A stretch of 53,906 nt of DNA from Chitinophagales bacterium (GCA_019694895.1 JAIBBA010000004.1:1-53906); one strand, 5' to 3'; counted from the first letter of the stretch, positions 1-9,637 are shown. Notes: generated by a model not told the origin, from the letters alone. Program-made: numbers and translations.

Positions 1-20
1 GCAATTCACATTAATAGAAA

Positions 21-49
21 GGAGAAAGGAGAAAGGAGAGAGGAGAGAG
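21..49. repeat. GA-rich polypurine low-complexity tract
   Basis: The + strand reads ggagaaaggagaaaggagagaggagagag with no pyrimidine. It abuts the 29-bp tandem array. Confidence 0.7.
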
Positions 50-210
50 TGGGTGAGTGGGTGAGCTTGCCTCGCCGATAGGCGGGTGGGTGAGCTTGCC
101 TCGCCGATAGGCGGGTGGGTGAGCTTGCCTCGCCGATAGGCGGGTGGGTGAGCTTGCCTCGCCGATAGGCGGGTGGGTGAGCTTGCCTCGCCGATAGGCG
201 GGTGGTGAGT
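49..210. repeat. Perfect 29-bp tandem direct repeat: 5 full copies plus truncated end copies
   Basis: Unit gtgggtgagcttgcctcgccgataggcgg occurs at 57-85, 86-114, 115-143, 144-172 and 173-201, identical by eye. Partial copies lie at 49-56 and 202-210. Copies are head-to-tail with no spacers. The unit length is not a multiple of 3. Confidence 0.95.
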
Positions 211-226
211 GAAAATATAAATAAAG

Positions 227-260
227 TAAAAACCCCGATCTGGTCAGATCGGGGTTTTTT
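227..260 (-). terminator. Intrinsic (bidirectional) terminator downstream of the sigma-factor operon
   Basis: 9-bp stem ccccgatct (233-241) / agatcgggg (246-254) with a 4-nt loop. An A-run lies on one side and T6 on the other. The hairpin sits just downstream of the stop of the minus-strand ORF 269..532. Confidence 0.8.
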
Positions 261-268
261 CATCTCTT

Positions 269-532
269 TTACAGCAGGTGCTCCATGTGAGCGGAGTTCT
301 TGCTGTAGTTCATGATGTTATCGATCACTTTTTGCGAAGGTTGCAGTCGGACCTTATCGAGTTCAGCCTTGCTTTCGAGCATTTGCTCATACAGTTCCTT
401 CAGATCGAAGTCGCTGCGCAGCGCCTCTTCAATGAGGCTGGCTTCCTCTGCTGTTGTTTCGCGATAGATAAATCGAATGAGATTGTCTTGTGTAATGGTT
501 TTAATCATGCAATTTGTTTTAGGTTTAACCAT
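269..532 (-). CDS. Small hypothetical protein downstream of the ECF-type sigma factor (possible regulatory or anti-sigma partner)
   Basis: 87-aa ORF, 43 nt downstream of the sigma gene on the same strand and followed by a terminator. I see no TM segment or recognisable motif. An internal Met (MIKTITQ) may be the true start. Confidence 0.5.
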   Translation of the reverse strand: MVKPKTNCMIKTITQDNLIRFIYRETTAEEASLIEEALRSDFDLKELYEQMLESKAELDKVRLQPSQKVIDNIMNYSKNSAHMEHLL

Positions 533-575
533 AAAAGAACAGACCTAAAACGTTCATGCAGATTGCGTTAGTATA

Positions 576-1154
576 TCAAATGCTAATATTTTTCGTTTCC
601 ATCAGTTTTCTCAGGTTGATGAGTGCATAGCGCATACGTCCCAAGGCTGTATTGATGTTTACCCCCGTCATTTCGGCAATTTCGCGGAAGTTCATGTCCA
701 TATAATGGCGCAAAACCACCACTTCGCGCTGTTCCTCAGGCAGGTATTCAAGCAATTTGCGGACGCGGCTGCTGAATTCCGATTCCATCACTTTGCCTTC
801 TGCGCCGGGTTCTGAGAACTTCAGCACACTGAAAATATCGAAGCCATCGCGGGTAACCACTTTGGGCATGCGCTTTTCACGTCGATAGTAGTCTATGCAA
901 AGGTTATACGCCACGCGAGATATCCATGGCAAAAATTTGTTCTGTTCCTGATACTTTCCGGACCGTAGCTTGTCAATCACCTTGATGAAGGTTTCCTGGA
1001 GGAGGTCTTCAGCAGTGTGTGTGTCGCGAACAAAAAGATAGATGTACGTGTATATCCTATCTTTGTGACGGTTGAGGAGTTCACCGAGGGCAGATTCTTC
1101 GCCGGTCAGGTACAATTCGACCAGCTTGTCATCAGAAAGGGTTCTGGACTGCAT
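576..1154 (-). CDS. RNA polymerase sigma-70 family factor, ECF-like
   Basis: 192 aa. Region 2-like DLLQETFIKV...WISRVAYNLCIDYYRR and region 4 HTH NFREIAEMTGVNINTALGRMRYALINLRK. Confidence 0.9.
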   Translation of the reverse strand: MQSRTLSDDKLVELYLTGEESALGELLNRHKDRIYTYIYLFVRDTHTAEDLLQETFIKVIDKLRSGKYQEQNKFLPWISRVAYNLCIDYYRREKRMPKVVTRDGFDIFSVLKFSEPGAEGKVMESEFSSRVRKLLEYLPEEQREVVVLRHYMDMNFREIAEMTGVNINTALGRMRYALINLRKLMETKNISI

Positions 1155-1326
1155 ACTAAAAGGTTGTGCGTTAAATGAATAAACTATTCTTTTCGCGTAG
1201 ATTTAACCTTATAGGCAGCTAATTTTGGTGAGATTTGCACAACAAATATACACTTCATTTGATATTTTCAAAGGGAATTGGTTAAGATTTACGATATTTT
1301 ATTAAAAAAGTTTCAAGAAAAGGGGT

Positions 1327-4155
1327 TTGAAAACGAAAAAAAGCTATCCAAACGGTCATATTGACGCAATATTTATAAAAGGCGCCCGCGAGCACAACCT
1401 CAAAAACATCGATGTTGCCATACCCAGGAACCGCCTGGTGGTGGTAACCGGTGTGAGCGGATCGGGCAAGTCAAGCCTTACCTTCGATACCCTCTATGCA
1501 GAAGGCCAACGCCGGTACGTAGAGAGTTTGAGCGCCTATGCCAGACAATTCCTCAATCGCCTGGACAAGCCGGATGTAGATTATATCAAGGGAATTGCCC
1601 CCGCGATCGCCCTGGATCAGAAGGTTACTACACGCACCACCAGAAGTACCGTCGGCACCCTGACGGAGATTTACGACTACATGCGCCTACTGTATGCGCG
1701 CGTAGGACGCACCTATAGCCCAATTTCAGGGCGAGAGGTGAAAAAGGACGAAGTAAATGATGTGGTAGATTATATCTGCTCCCTTCCAGAAAACAGTAGG
1801 ATATACCTTTTAGTCAAATTGCATGTAGACAAAGACCGACCGCTCAACGATCAGGCCAGAGTATTACAGCAAAAAGGTTTCACGCGCTTTTATGCCAACG
1901 GAAGCATTGTAAAAATTGAGGATATACTCGAAGATCCAAAGCTGATCGCACCGAAAACACCCGTGCATCTGCTGATAGATCGCGTAGTGTTGGCTAAAGA
2001 GCGCGCTGAAGGTTCAAATGTTCCGGAAGTGAATGAGGAGACTCGTCAACGCATTGCCGATTCCGTTGATATTGCTTTTTCGGAAGGACATGGCGCCTGT
2101 CATGTGGTAGCTGAAGGAATTGAAGAGCGCAGTTTCAGCAATAATTTCGAAGCCGACGGCATGCAGTTTGAAGTGCCTTCACCACATTTTTTCAATCAGA
2201 ATAATCCCTATGGTGCCTGCAAGCGTTGTGAAGGATTTGGCACTGTTATCGGCATTGATCATGACTTGGTTATTCCTGATAAAAATCTATCGGTATATCA
2301 GGGAGCTGTTGCGTGTTGGAAAGGCGAGAAAATGCGCACCTGGCTCGACGACTTGTTGAAAGCTGCAAAGAAATTCGACTTCCCCATACACAAACCCATT
2401 TCGCAATTAACAAAAGCGCAATATCAATTACTGTGGACAGGCAATGAACATTTCTGGGGACTCGATCGATTCTTCAAAATGTTGGAAGAAAATGCATACA
2501 AGATTCAATATCGCGTAATGCTTGCACGCTATCGCGGAAAAACAACATGTCCTGAATGCAATGGTTCAAGAATTCGTCCCGATGCAGATTATGTATTAAT
2601 TAATAATATGTCGATCACAAAACTTGTAGACATGCAAGTAGAAGATCTGGCTGTATTTATTAATGACATCACATTAAATGCATACGAAACAAAAGTTGCC
2701 TCACGCATTCTGTTGGAAATTCGAAACCGGATAGTTTATATGTTAGACCTCGGACTCGGATACCTCACACTTAACAGAAGAAGCAACACATTGAGCGGTG
2801 GCGAAACACAACGCATCAATCTCACCAGAACGCTCGGCAGTAATTTAACGTCATCACTATACATTCTCGATGAACCAAGTGTCGGGCTACATCCACGCGA
2901 TACTGAGCGATTGGTAACCGTTTTAAAACGCTTGCGCAATCTCGGCAACACGGTGGTTGTTGTTGAACACGAAGAAGATGTAATTCGCAATGCGGATCAT
3001 ATTATTGACATTGGACCTGCTGCAGGCATTCATGGCGGCAAAGTTGTGAGCGAAGGAAATCTGGAAGAGATATTGGCCGATAAAGAAAGCCTGACAGGAA
3101 ATTATTTGTCGTCAACCATGCAAATTCCGCTACCTCGAACACGCAGAAAGAGTTTTAAGAAATTGCGCATTCGTCAGGCGTCCATGCACAACCTGAAACA
3201 AATTGATGTTACTATTCCATTGCAGAATTTAGTTGCAGTTTCAGGTGTTAGCGGTTCGGGTAAAACTACATTGATCAAACATATTTTATATCCCGAATTG
3301 ATGAAGATGCTCGATGATGCGAGTGACACAGCATTTATTTCGAGAGTGATTGAAGGCGATGTGAGCGCAATCACACAAGTTGAATTGGTTGATCAGGATC
3401 CTATAGGAAAATCATCACGCTCCAATCCGGTTACTTATGTAAAAGCCTATGATGAGATTCGCGATTTATATGCGCGCCAGCCTCTTGCAAAAATGCGCGG
3501 GTACAAATCCGGATTTTTCAGTTTCAATGTCGACGGTGGAAGATGCGAAATGTGTAAGGGGGAAGGAGAGATTATTGTTGAAATGCAATTCCTCGCTGAT
3601 GTGCATTTGGTATGTGAAGATTGTAACGGCAAGCGCTTTAAGGAAGAAATTCTGGAGGTACAATATAAAAACAAAAATATCTCTGAATTACTAGGATTAA
3701 GTGTAGAGGAAGCTATACATTTCTTGCAAGACGAAAAAGATATTGTCGCCAAACTACAGCCGCTTGCCGATGTGGGTTTAGGTTATGTAAAACTCGGACA
3801 GAGCAGCAGCACTTTATCCGGTGGCGAAGCGCAGAGGGTAAAACTTGCCAGTTTCCTCGGTAAAGGGAAAAGCAAGGAGCATATCCTATTTATTTTCGAT
3901 GAGCCGACAACCGGTCTGCATTTCCACGACATCAATAAATTAATGGATGCCTTTAATGCACTGATCGAGTGCGGACATAGTGTCTTGGTTATTGAGCATA
4001 ATCTCGAGGTGATAAAATGCGCCGATTATATGATAGACCTCGGTCCTGAAGGCGGCGACAAAGGTGGATACCTACTTTATCAGGGGGCTCCGGAAGGAAT
4101 AGTAACAGTTAAGGAAAGCTATACCGGGCAACATCTGAAAAATAAATTAAAATAA
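1327..4155 (+). CDS. uvrA: Excinuclease ABC subunit A
   Basis: 942 aa. Two ABC modules with Walker A GVSGSGKSS and GVSGSGKTT and the signature LSGGE twice. CxxC zinc-module pairs are present. The N-terminus IKGAREHNLKNIDV is typical of UvrA. TTG start. Confidence 0.97.
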   Translation: MKTKKSYPNGHIDAIFIKGAREHNLKNIDVAIPRNRLVVVTGVSGSGKSSLTFDTLYAEGQRRYVESLSAYARQFLNRLDKPDVDYIKGIAPAIALDQKVTTRTTRSTVGTLTEIYDYMRLLYARVGRTYSPISGREVKKDEVNDVVDYICSLPENSRIYLLVKLHVDKDRPLNDQARVLQQKGFTRFYANGSIVKIEDILEDPKLIAPKTPVHLLIDRVVLAKERAEGSNVPEVNEETRQRIADSVDIAFSEGHGACHVVAEGIEERSFSNNFEADGMQFEVPSPHFFNQNNPYGACKRCEGFGTVIGIDHDLVIPDKNLSVYQGAVACWKGEKMRTWLDDLLKAAKKFDFPIHKPISQLTKAQYQLLWTGNEHFWGLDRFFKMLEENAYKIQYRVMLARYRGKTTCPECNGSRIRPDADYVLINNMSITKLVDMQVEDLAVFINDITLNAYETKVASRILLEIRNRIVYMLDLGLGYLTLNRRSNTLSGGETQRINLTRTLGSNLTSSLYILDEPSVGLHPRDTERLVTVLKRLRNLGNTVVVVEHEEDVIRNADHIIDIGPAAGIHGGKVVSEGNLEEILADKESLTGNYLSSTMQIPLPRTRRKSFKKLRIRQASMHNLKQIDVTIPLQNLVAVSGVSGSGKTTLIKHILYPELMKMLDDASDTAFISRVIEGDVSAITQVELVDQDPIGKSSRSNPVTYVKAYDEIRDLYARQPLAKMRGYKSGFFSFNVDGGRCEMCKGEGEIIVEMQFLADVHLVCEDCNGKRFKEEILEVQYKNKNISELLGLSVEEAIHFLQDEKDIVAKLQPLADVGLGYVKLGQSSSTLSGGEAQRVKLASFLGKGKSKEHILFIFDEPTTGLHFHDINKLMDAFNALIECGHSVLVIEHNLEVIKCADYMIDLGPEGGDKGGYLLYQGAPEGIVTVKESYTGQHLKNKLK

Positions 4156-4262
4156 TCACGCATTTTAGTTATTACTTTCCCATGGGCAAATGACTATCTT
4201 TAAGGAATGAACTAACTTGCTTTTTTCAAATTGATAATTATTTAACTATAAAACTCACTCCT

Positions 4263-5045
4263 ATGCACATACGTAAATTCTTCGCAACAATGCTCTTCGT
4301 AGCGAGCGGCATGATGTTACATGCACAAACAACAAATACCATTCCCAACAATCTCGACAAACCGGATATCATCAAATTTAATCTTTCCGGTGCTGTATTC
4401 GGGAATTATACACTCCAGTACGAGCATGTATTAAATGTAAAACAATCGGTTGGCATGTCTATCAGTTTTGCGCCTAATATGGACCTGCCTTTCAAAAACG
4501 CACTCGTTAATATTTTTGAAGGGAATGATCAGGCGATCACCGCTATTAACAGTACACAGTTAAATACTTTCAGCATCACACCGGAGTATCGCTTTTACAG
4601 TGAAGTAAAAGGAGCTCCATTTGGTGTATATGGTGCTTCATTTATACGCTATACACATATGACACATCGTCAGATTTACACCTTTAATTTAAGCGATGGC
4701 GAACACCATCCGGATGTTGAAACTACATTTAATGGTGTTGGTGTTGGCGAAATGGTGGGTGTGCAATGGAAAATAGGAAACAGCATGACATTGGATTGGT
4801 GGATACTAGGTCCTTTCATTGGATATCAAACAGGTAAATCACACGGCGATGACGACAGGCCTATCACACCTGAAGATAAAATCAAACTCGAAAACGATAT
4901 TGAATCGGTGCCAATTCCGGGTTGGAATATCGATGCCACTGTTACTGATAATGGAACTACAGGATTGGGCGTTGTAGATGCGGATTTAAGCGGATTGTTT
5001 TTAGGTGCGCGCGTGTTTGGTATTTGTTTGGGATATCGCTTTTAA
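4263..5045 (+). CDS. Putative outer-membrane beta-barrel protein
   Basis: 260 aa with a signal peptide (MHIRKFFATMLFVASGMMLHAQ). It is Gly/aromatic-rich with alternating strands and ends in C-terminal ...LGYRF. Confidence 0.55.
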   Translation: MHIRKFFATMLFVASGMMLHAQTTNTIPNNLDKPDIIKFNLSGAVFGNYTLQYEHVLNVKQSVGMSISFAPNMDLPFKNALVNIFEGNDQAITAINSTQLNTFSITPEYRFYSEVKGAPFGVYGASFIRYTHMTHRQIYTFNLSDGEHHPDVETTFNGVGVGEMVGVQWKIGNSMTLDWWILGPFIGYQTGKSHGDDDRPITPEDKIKLENDIESVPIPGWNIDATVTDNGTTGLGVVDADLSGLFLGARVFGICLGYRF

Positions 5046-5085
5046 TTAATATATAATTATTCAATATTTCGGATAGCGGCGAGTT

Positions 5086-5622
5086 ATGATAGGAACAATT
5101 TTATTAGTCATTGCAGGAATTTTCGCGTTGTTGATCATTGCCGGATTATTTGTTCCGCGCAGCTATAAATTTTCGAAATCTATTGTGATCAGTGGCGACA
5201 AAAAACATATCTTCAATACCATCGATGATTTGCAAACCTGGTCGAAATGGAGTCAGTGGAGTCCGGACAGAGATCCTGCTATTACAATCACTTGCAGCAA
5301 TCCTTCAGCAGGTGTGAACAGTTTTATGGAGTGGAAAGGCAAAAAGATGGGAGCGGGTAAAATGGAGATTATTGCAACGGAACCATACAAAAACATAACT
5401 GTTGCCACCGCCTTCAACAAGGGTCTTTTCAAAATGGATTTTGATTTCAGTCTTGAAGAAATAAAAGACCAACAATATTCAGTCAAATGGACTGTTCGCG
5501 GAAAAACCAAGCGAGGCGGATTTGCGAAAATACTCGGTCGAATGCTGCCAAAAATGATGGGAAAGGATATGGAAATTGCGCTGAAACTACTTAAGCACTA
5601 TTGCGAAGGCACCCTATCATAA
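5086..5622 (+). CDS. SRPBCC-like (START/Bet v1 fold) protein with N-terminal membrane anchor
   Basis: 178 aa with an N-terminal hydrophobic helix. Size and pattern (W..W..WSP...) resemble polyketide-cyclase/SRPBCC family proteins. Confidence 0.55.
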   Translation: MIGTILLVIAGIFALLIIAGLFVPRSYKFSKSIVISGDKKHIFNTIDDLQTWSKWSQWSPDRDPAITITCSNPSAGVNSFMEWKGKKMGAGKMEIIATEPYKNITVATAFNKGLFKMDFDFSLEEIKDQQYSVKWTVRGKTKRGGFAKILGRMLPKMMGKDMEIALKLLKHYCEGTLS

Positions 5623-5643
5623 ATTGAACATAATTTTAAAATA

Positions 5644-5686
5644 AAACCGCCCGGGCATCTGAAACATGTCGGGCGGTTTTGTTTTA
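5644..5686 (+). terminator. Intrinsic terminator
   Basis: Stem ccgcccg (5647-5653) / cgggcgg (5670-5676) followed by ttttgtttt. It lies 22 nt after the stop of 5086..5622. Confidence 0.75.
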
Positions 5687-5723
5687 TTGCGATTTAGTCA
5701 ATTATTTAAATCTGAATTAAATA

Positions 5724-6782
5724 TTACGTTGCAGCGGATTTACCGGAAAGCCGCAATCTTACTTGCTCACCAATCTGTTTAAATGACTGGAAGTTGAGCG
5801 GAAATTCAAGCACCACATGCAGAAAGCTTAAAAAATACAAACACATCAAGCCGGTTTCATAATTGATATAATACAATGTAACGGCACTTACCCACAACAC
5901 ACCAATAGTCACCAGCCATCCTTTAGGCACATCGTGCCATTTGATCACCGATGTTTTGCTGAACCAGTTTAAATAATGATAAGTATAGGCATAGGCTATA
6001 AATCTGGTAATAAGAATGCCTGTTGACGAATTATAGATCATATCATTGGTGGGATTGCTTTCATGCAGAAAGCTGCTGAACAACTGGTGATTCAATCCAA
6101 AGAATGATACATCATAAGAACCTTTAGCGTAATCGCTGATATGATATCCTCCACCATCAGGCATAATTAGAAAAAAGCTGAGTGAACATCCAAGGAATAC
6201 AAGTATGGATAAATATCCGGACGTGCTTTTGCTTTTCAGTGCGCCAACCAAAATAAATGCTCCGGTGAACAAAAAAACATGAATAAGCGTAGGCAGAAAC
6301 ATAGCGAATAACACATCAACAAAATGATTACTTCTAATAAGGAAGCCGATTATTGCCAGCAATCCAACAGCAATTGTTCTATGCGTATTGTTGCGAATTA
6401 AAATAAATATCAGCGAGATAGAAAATGCCAAAAACATCAAAGCTGTTGCGGTATTCTGATCCTGAAAGAAAGCAATAAAATTATGTTGGCCTTCAGTGAG
6501 TCTTAATTGCCCGGTGGAAGTTCTTTCGCCGTTGTGCACAAACATGTACGAGATGATGGCAGGGATGGCTATGAGCAAGGTTATTATCACCAGTGGTATA
6601 TAATCATTTTTCTTCGGGCTGAAATATTTGCGCTTATGCAGCCAGCCGATTTCAGTCAGATAGTGGAGGGGTCCGAGAACGGCATAACTAAACAAAAACA
6701 ATTCGAAGGGAATTATAAACGCCACGATAGCTGAAAGCAGCATAAGTGCGATATTGAGGTAATTCACCGTAGTTGTGTTCAT
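5724..6782 (-). CDS. Polytopic integral membrane protein, function unknown
   Basis: 352 aa with about 9-10 hydrophobic helices throughout. No catalytic motif recognised. Confidence 0.7.
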   Translation of the reverse strand: MNTTTVNYLNIALMLLSAIVAFIIPFELFLFSYAVLGPLHYLTEIGWLHKRKYFSPKKNDYIPLVIITLLIAIPAIISYMFVHNGERTSTGQLRLTEGQHNFIAFFQDQNTATALMFLAFSISLIFILIRNNTHRTIAVGLLAIIGFLIRSNHFVDVLFAMFLPTLIHVFLFTGAFILVGALKSKSTSGYLSILVFLGCSLSFFLIMPDGGGYHISDYAKGSYDVSFFGLNHQLFSSFLHESNPTNDMIYNSSTGILITRFIAYAYTYHYLNWFSKTSVIKWHDVPKGWLVTIGVLWVSAVTLYYINYETGLMCLYFLSFLHVVLEFPLNFQSFKQIGEQVRLRLSGKSAAT

Positions 6783-6861
6783 GTTGACAAAAGTACATGA
6801 TTAAGGGCATCTCTGCTAATCGAATGGTGCAGAAATGCCCTTTAATGATGTGTGATTGCAA

Positions 6862-7371
6862 TTATTCTGCGCTAGGAGCGGCAGTTAATGCAGCCAGTTC
6901 GCGGTCGATCCAATATAAACCTCTGGTATCATCAGGACCCAGCAATTCAATTTTTTCGAGCACGGTACGGAAGAGTTTTTCTTCTTCATGTTGTTCAGCT
7001 ACATACCATTGCAGAAAATTGTAGGAAGAATGATCTTTTTCTCCCATACAAAGGTCTACAAGGTTGTTTATGGCCTTAGTTACTTCAACCTCATGTTTAA
7101 ACACCAAGGTAAACAGTTCCTTGAGGTTCTTAAATTTCAGAGGTGGCTGCTTCACATTTGGCGCTTCGGCATGTCCGCCCGCGTCGTTGATATAATGAAA
7201 GAGTTTCATCATATGCATGCGTTCTTCATCAGCATGACCATAAAGAAAGCCTGCAGCTCCCTGCAATCCTTTCGAATCGCACCAAGATGCTGCCGATAAA
7301 TAGTAATTGGAGGCATAGCCTTCCATTTCCACTTGTTTATTAAGTGCCGCTTCTACTTTTTTGGTTAACAT
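6862..7371 (-). CDS. Ferritin (non-heme)
   Basis: MLTKKVEAALNKQVEMEGYASNYYLSAASW... aligns with the ferritin N-terminus and the di-iron ligands (E..E..H pattern). The ORF track extends to a TTG at 7392. ATG at 7371 is preferred. Confidence 0.9.
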   Translation of the reverse strand: MLTKKVEAALNKQVEMEGYASNYYLSAASWCDSKGLQGAAGFLYGHADEERMHMMKLFHYINDAGGHAEAPNVKQPPLKFKNLKELFTLVFKHEVEVTKAINNLVDLCMGEKDHSSYNFLQWYVAEQHEEEKLFRTVLEKIELLGPDDTRGLYWIDRELAALTAAPSAE

Positions 7372-7441
7372 AGTTGTCTTCTTTATATGCAATGATAAAC
7401 ATTACTGCTCGAAGACAGTTCGTTAAGGGCCGAATTTATAC

Positions 7442-7615
7442 TCAGTCTAAAGTATTTGCTGCCGCCTGACTCGCCACGGCATCATTGTTATTCGGGCCGA
7501 TTTGGCTGAATTTAGGGCAATCGCACTTTTTGCCGCCACCTTCACAGGTAGCCGAAGTGGTAATGAGCATGATGGTTATCGCGCCCAACCAGAGGAGTTT
7601 TTTACCGTTTTTCAT
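7442..7615 (-). CDS. Unlisted 57-aa ORF: small Cys-rich secreted or lipoprotein-like peptide upstream of ferritin
   Basis: Hand translation gives MKNGKKLLWLGAITIMLITTSATCEGGGKKCDCPKFSQIGPNNNDAVASQAAANTLD*. It has a signal-peptide-like N-terminus and a C-x6-C-x-C cluster. It is on the same strand as ferritin, 70 nt upstream, and is shorter than any ORF listed in the provided track. Confidence 0.35.
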   Translation of the reverse strand: MKNGKKLLWLGAITIMLITTSATCEGGGKKCDCPKFSQIGPNNNDAVASQAAANTLD

Positions 7616-7687
7616 AGCTTTGCGGCTCTAATTTAAGGATTTCAGCAATACGTCAGTAAAAACGTAGCCTTCTTAACCAATATTGCC

Positions 7688-8788
7688 TTGTCAGCACCAA
7701 AACCACTTAACATCCTCATAGCACCACTCGACTGGGGTTTAGGGCATGCTACACGCAGTATTCCCATTATCAAAGCGTGTGTTGACAGGGGCCATACGGT
7801 AGTTATCGCTTCAACCGGAAGGTCGCTGGCATTGTTGCGAAGAGAATTTCCTGAATTGACATGCCTTGATGTGCCTGCTTACGACATCGCCTACCAGGAA
7901 AAGGGCAGTTTCATATTAAAAATCCTGGGACAACTAGGTAAAATATTCAGTGGCATCAGAAGAGAACATCGGGCAACCAAAGAGATTGTTAGGCTGCATC
8001 AAATAGACCTGGTGATATCCGACAATCGCTATGGATTTTATCACAAAAAAATTCATTCAGTTATCATCACACATCAGATGATGGTGAAGATTCCTTCGTT
8101 TGTGATTGCAGAGCCATTTGTATATGGATGGTTACAATTGCAGCACAAAAGATTTAACACCATCTGGATCCCCGATGTTGCAGGCGGGGCAAATATCAGC
8201 GGCGATCTTTCGCATAAATACCCGGTTCTAAAACGCACACATTACATTGGTATTTTAACCCGGTTTTCAAGACCATTGTCATTACCTGCCGCAGAAAAAA
8301 CAATTCTTGCCATTATCAGCGGGCCTGAACCTCAGCGCACTTTATTTGAGCGATTAATTGTTACACAAGGTAGATTATTGCCACATCAATTTATTTTGAT
8401 TCAAGGCATCTCCGACGAACATCGCGATGAGCAATTAACAGATAACATCAGGGTGATTTCGCATTTACCGGGCAAAGAATTATATGATCTCATTTTGCGT
8501 TGCGATGTAATTATTTCCCGCGGCGGATATAGTACATTGATGGACCTTGCCCTGCTCAACAAAAAGTGCATTTTCGTTCCTACTCCGGGGCAGACGGAAC
8601 AAGAATATTTAGTAAAAGAATTAGGCGAAAAAGGATTGGTTGTTGCCGGAGATCAGTCGACATTCCGTTTGGAGGATGCACTTGAAAAAGTACAACATAC
8701 CAAGGGATTTTATATTCCTTCCAATGAACAGGCATTTATTCCATTTCTGGAAGCCGCGATTGCAGAAGCAGTAAAATCAAAGGTGTAA
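7688..8788 (+). CDS. GT-B glycosyltransferase (MurG/GT28 C-terminal-like)
   Basis: 366 aa. N-terminal APLDWGLGHATR and C-terminal ISRGGYSTLMDL...VPTPGQTEQEY are typical of GT28/UDP-glycosyltransferase folds. Confidence 0.8.
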   Translation: MSAPKPLNILIAPLDWGLGHATRSIPIIKACVDRGHTVVIASTGRSLALLRREFPELTCLDVPAYDIAYQEKGSFILKILGQLGKIFSGIRREHRATKEIVRLHQIDLVISDNRYGFYHKKIHSVIITHQMMVKIPSFVIAEPFVYGWLQLQHKRFNTIWIPDVAGGANISGDLSHKYPVLKRTHYIGILTRFSRPLSLPAAEKTILAIISGPEPQRTLFERLIVTQGRLLPHQFILIQGISDEHRDEQLTDNIRVISHLPGKELYDLILRCDVIISRGGYSTLMDLALLNKKCIFVPTPGQTEQEYLVKELGEKGLVVAGDQSTFRLEDALEKVQHTKGFYIPSNEQAFIPFLEAAIAEAVKSKV

Positions 8789-9592
8789 AAAAGTCGACTG
8801 CACTTCACTGCCGAAAAATGCAGAAGCATGTGCATTAAAATTTGCCGTATCGTCGGTGGTATAAAATTGCATAGTGCCATTTTTACTGCACTGACTTTCC
8901 ATTTCCGGATGACGTTTTAAATAATCAACCAGACTTTCAGCAACAATATCACCTTGTGCGATGATAGTAGTTCCTTGTGGTGCGAATTGCTTTATTTTTT
9001 CAATTAATAAAGGATAATGGGTGCATCCCAATAAGATGGTATCCAGCTCAGGAGCCTTTTGCAATAATTGCAGCATATGTTGTTGCACAAAATAATCGGC
9101 ACCCGGTTTATTATACTCATTATTTTCAATCAAAGGTACCCACATGGGGCAGGCTTCTTGCACAACAGTAATTTTAGGCCAGGCTTTAGCTATCTCAATG
9201 ATATAACTTTCTGATTGCACAGTTCCGGCGGTAGCGAAAACACCAACAGTACCGGTATGTGTCATTTTGCCTATTATTTCGGCAGTAGGCCTGATGACGC
9301 CCAACACTCTTCTGGAGGAATCAATTTTTGGTAAATCGTTTTGTTGAATCGTGCGCAATGCTTTTGCAGAAGCGGTATTACATGCCAAAATCACGAGGCG
9401 GCAGCCCATGTTAAACAGGTGGTTGACACATTCGAGTGTATATTCATATACCGTTTCGAAACTTCTGTTTCCATAGGGTGTGCGGGCATTATCGCCGAGG
9501 TAGATGAAATCGTATTCCGGCAATGCCTTTTTAAATGAGCGCAATACCGTCAGTCCACCATAACCGGAATCGAAAACGCCTATTGGAAACAT
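8777..9592 (-). CDS. murI: Glutamate racemase
   Basis: 271 aa. IGVFDSGYGGLTVL, ILACNTASA and LGCTHYP (both catalytic Cys motifs). Confidence 0.95.
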   Translation of the reverse strand: MFPIGVFDSGYGGLTVLRSFKKALPEYDFIYLGDNARTPYGNRSFETVYEYTLECVNHLFNMGCRLVILACNTASAKALRTIQQNDLPKIDSSRRVLGVIRPTAEIIGKMTHTGTVGVFATAGTVQSESYIIEIAKAWPKITVVQEACPMWVPLIENNEYNKPGADYFVQQHMLQLLQKAPELDTILLGCTHYPLLIEKIKQFAPQGTTIIAQGDIVAESLVDYLKRHPEMESQCSKNGTMQFYTTDDTANFNAHASAFFGSEVQSTFLHL

Positions 9593-9637
9593 GCAGCAAA
9601 GGTAGTGGAAATTGATATTGCAATAGCAATCACCTGT

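Noticed and set aside
49-210. CRISPR array (29-nt repeat length is CRISPR-like)
   Set aside because: The copies are directly abutting with no spacers. No cas genes or leader are present in the window.
6-263. 85-aa minus-strand ORF with the repeating peptide RLSARQAHPPAYRRGKLTHPP...
   Set aside because: It is a by-product of the 29-bp tandem repeat and the GA tract. The unit length is not a multiple of 3, and the ORF runs through a terminator hairpin.
7393-7405. Fur-box-like tgataaacattac upstream of ferritin
   Set aside because: It is only a partial match to the enterobacterial Fur consensus and is poorly palindromic. The Bacteroidota Fur/PerR motifs may differ, so this is not supportable without a PWM scan.
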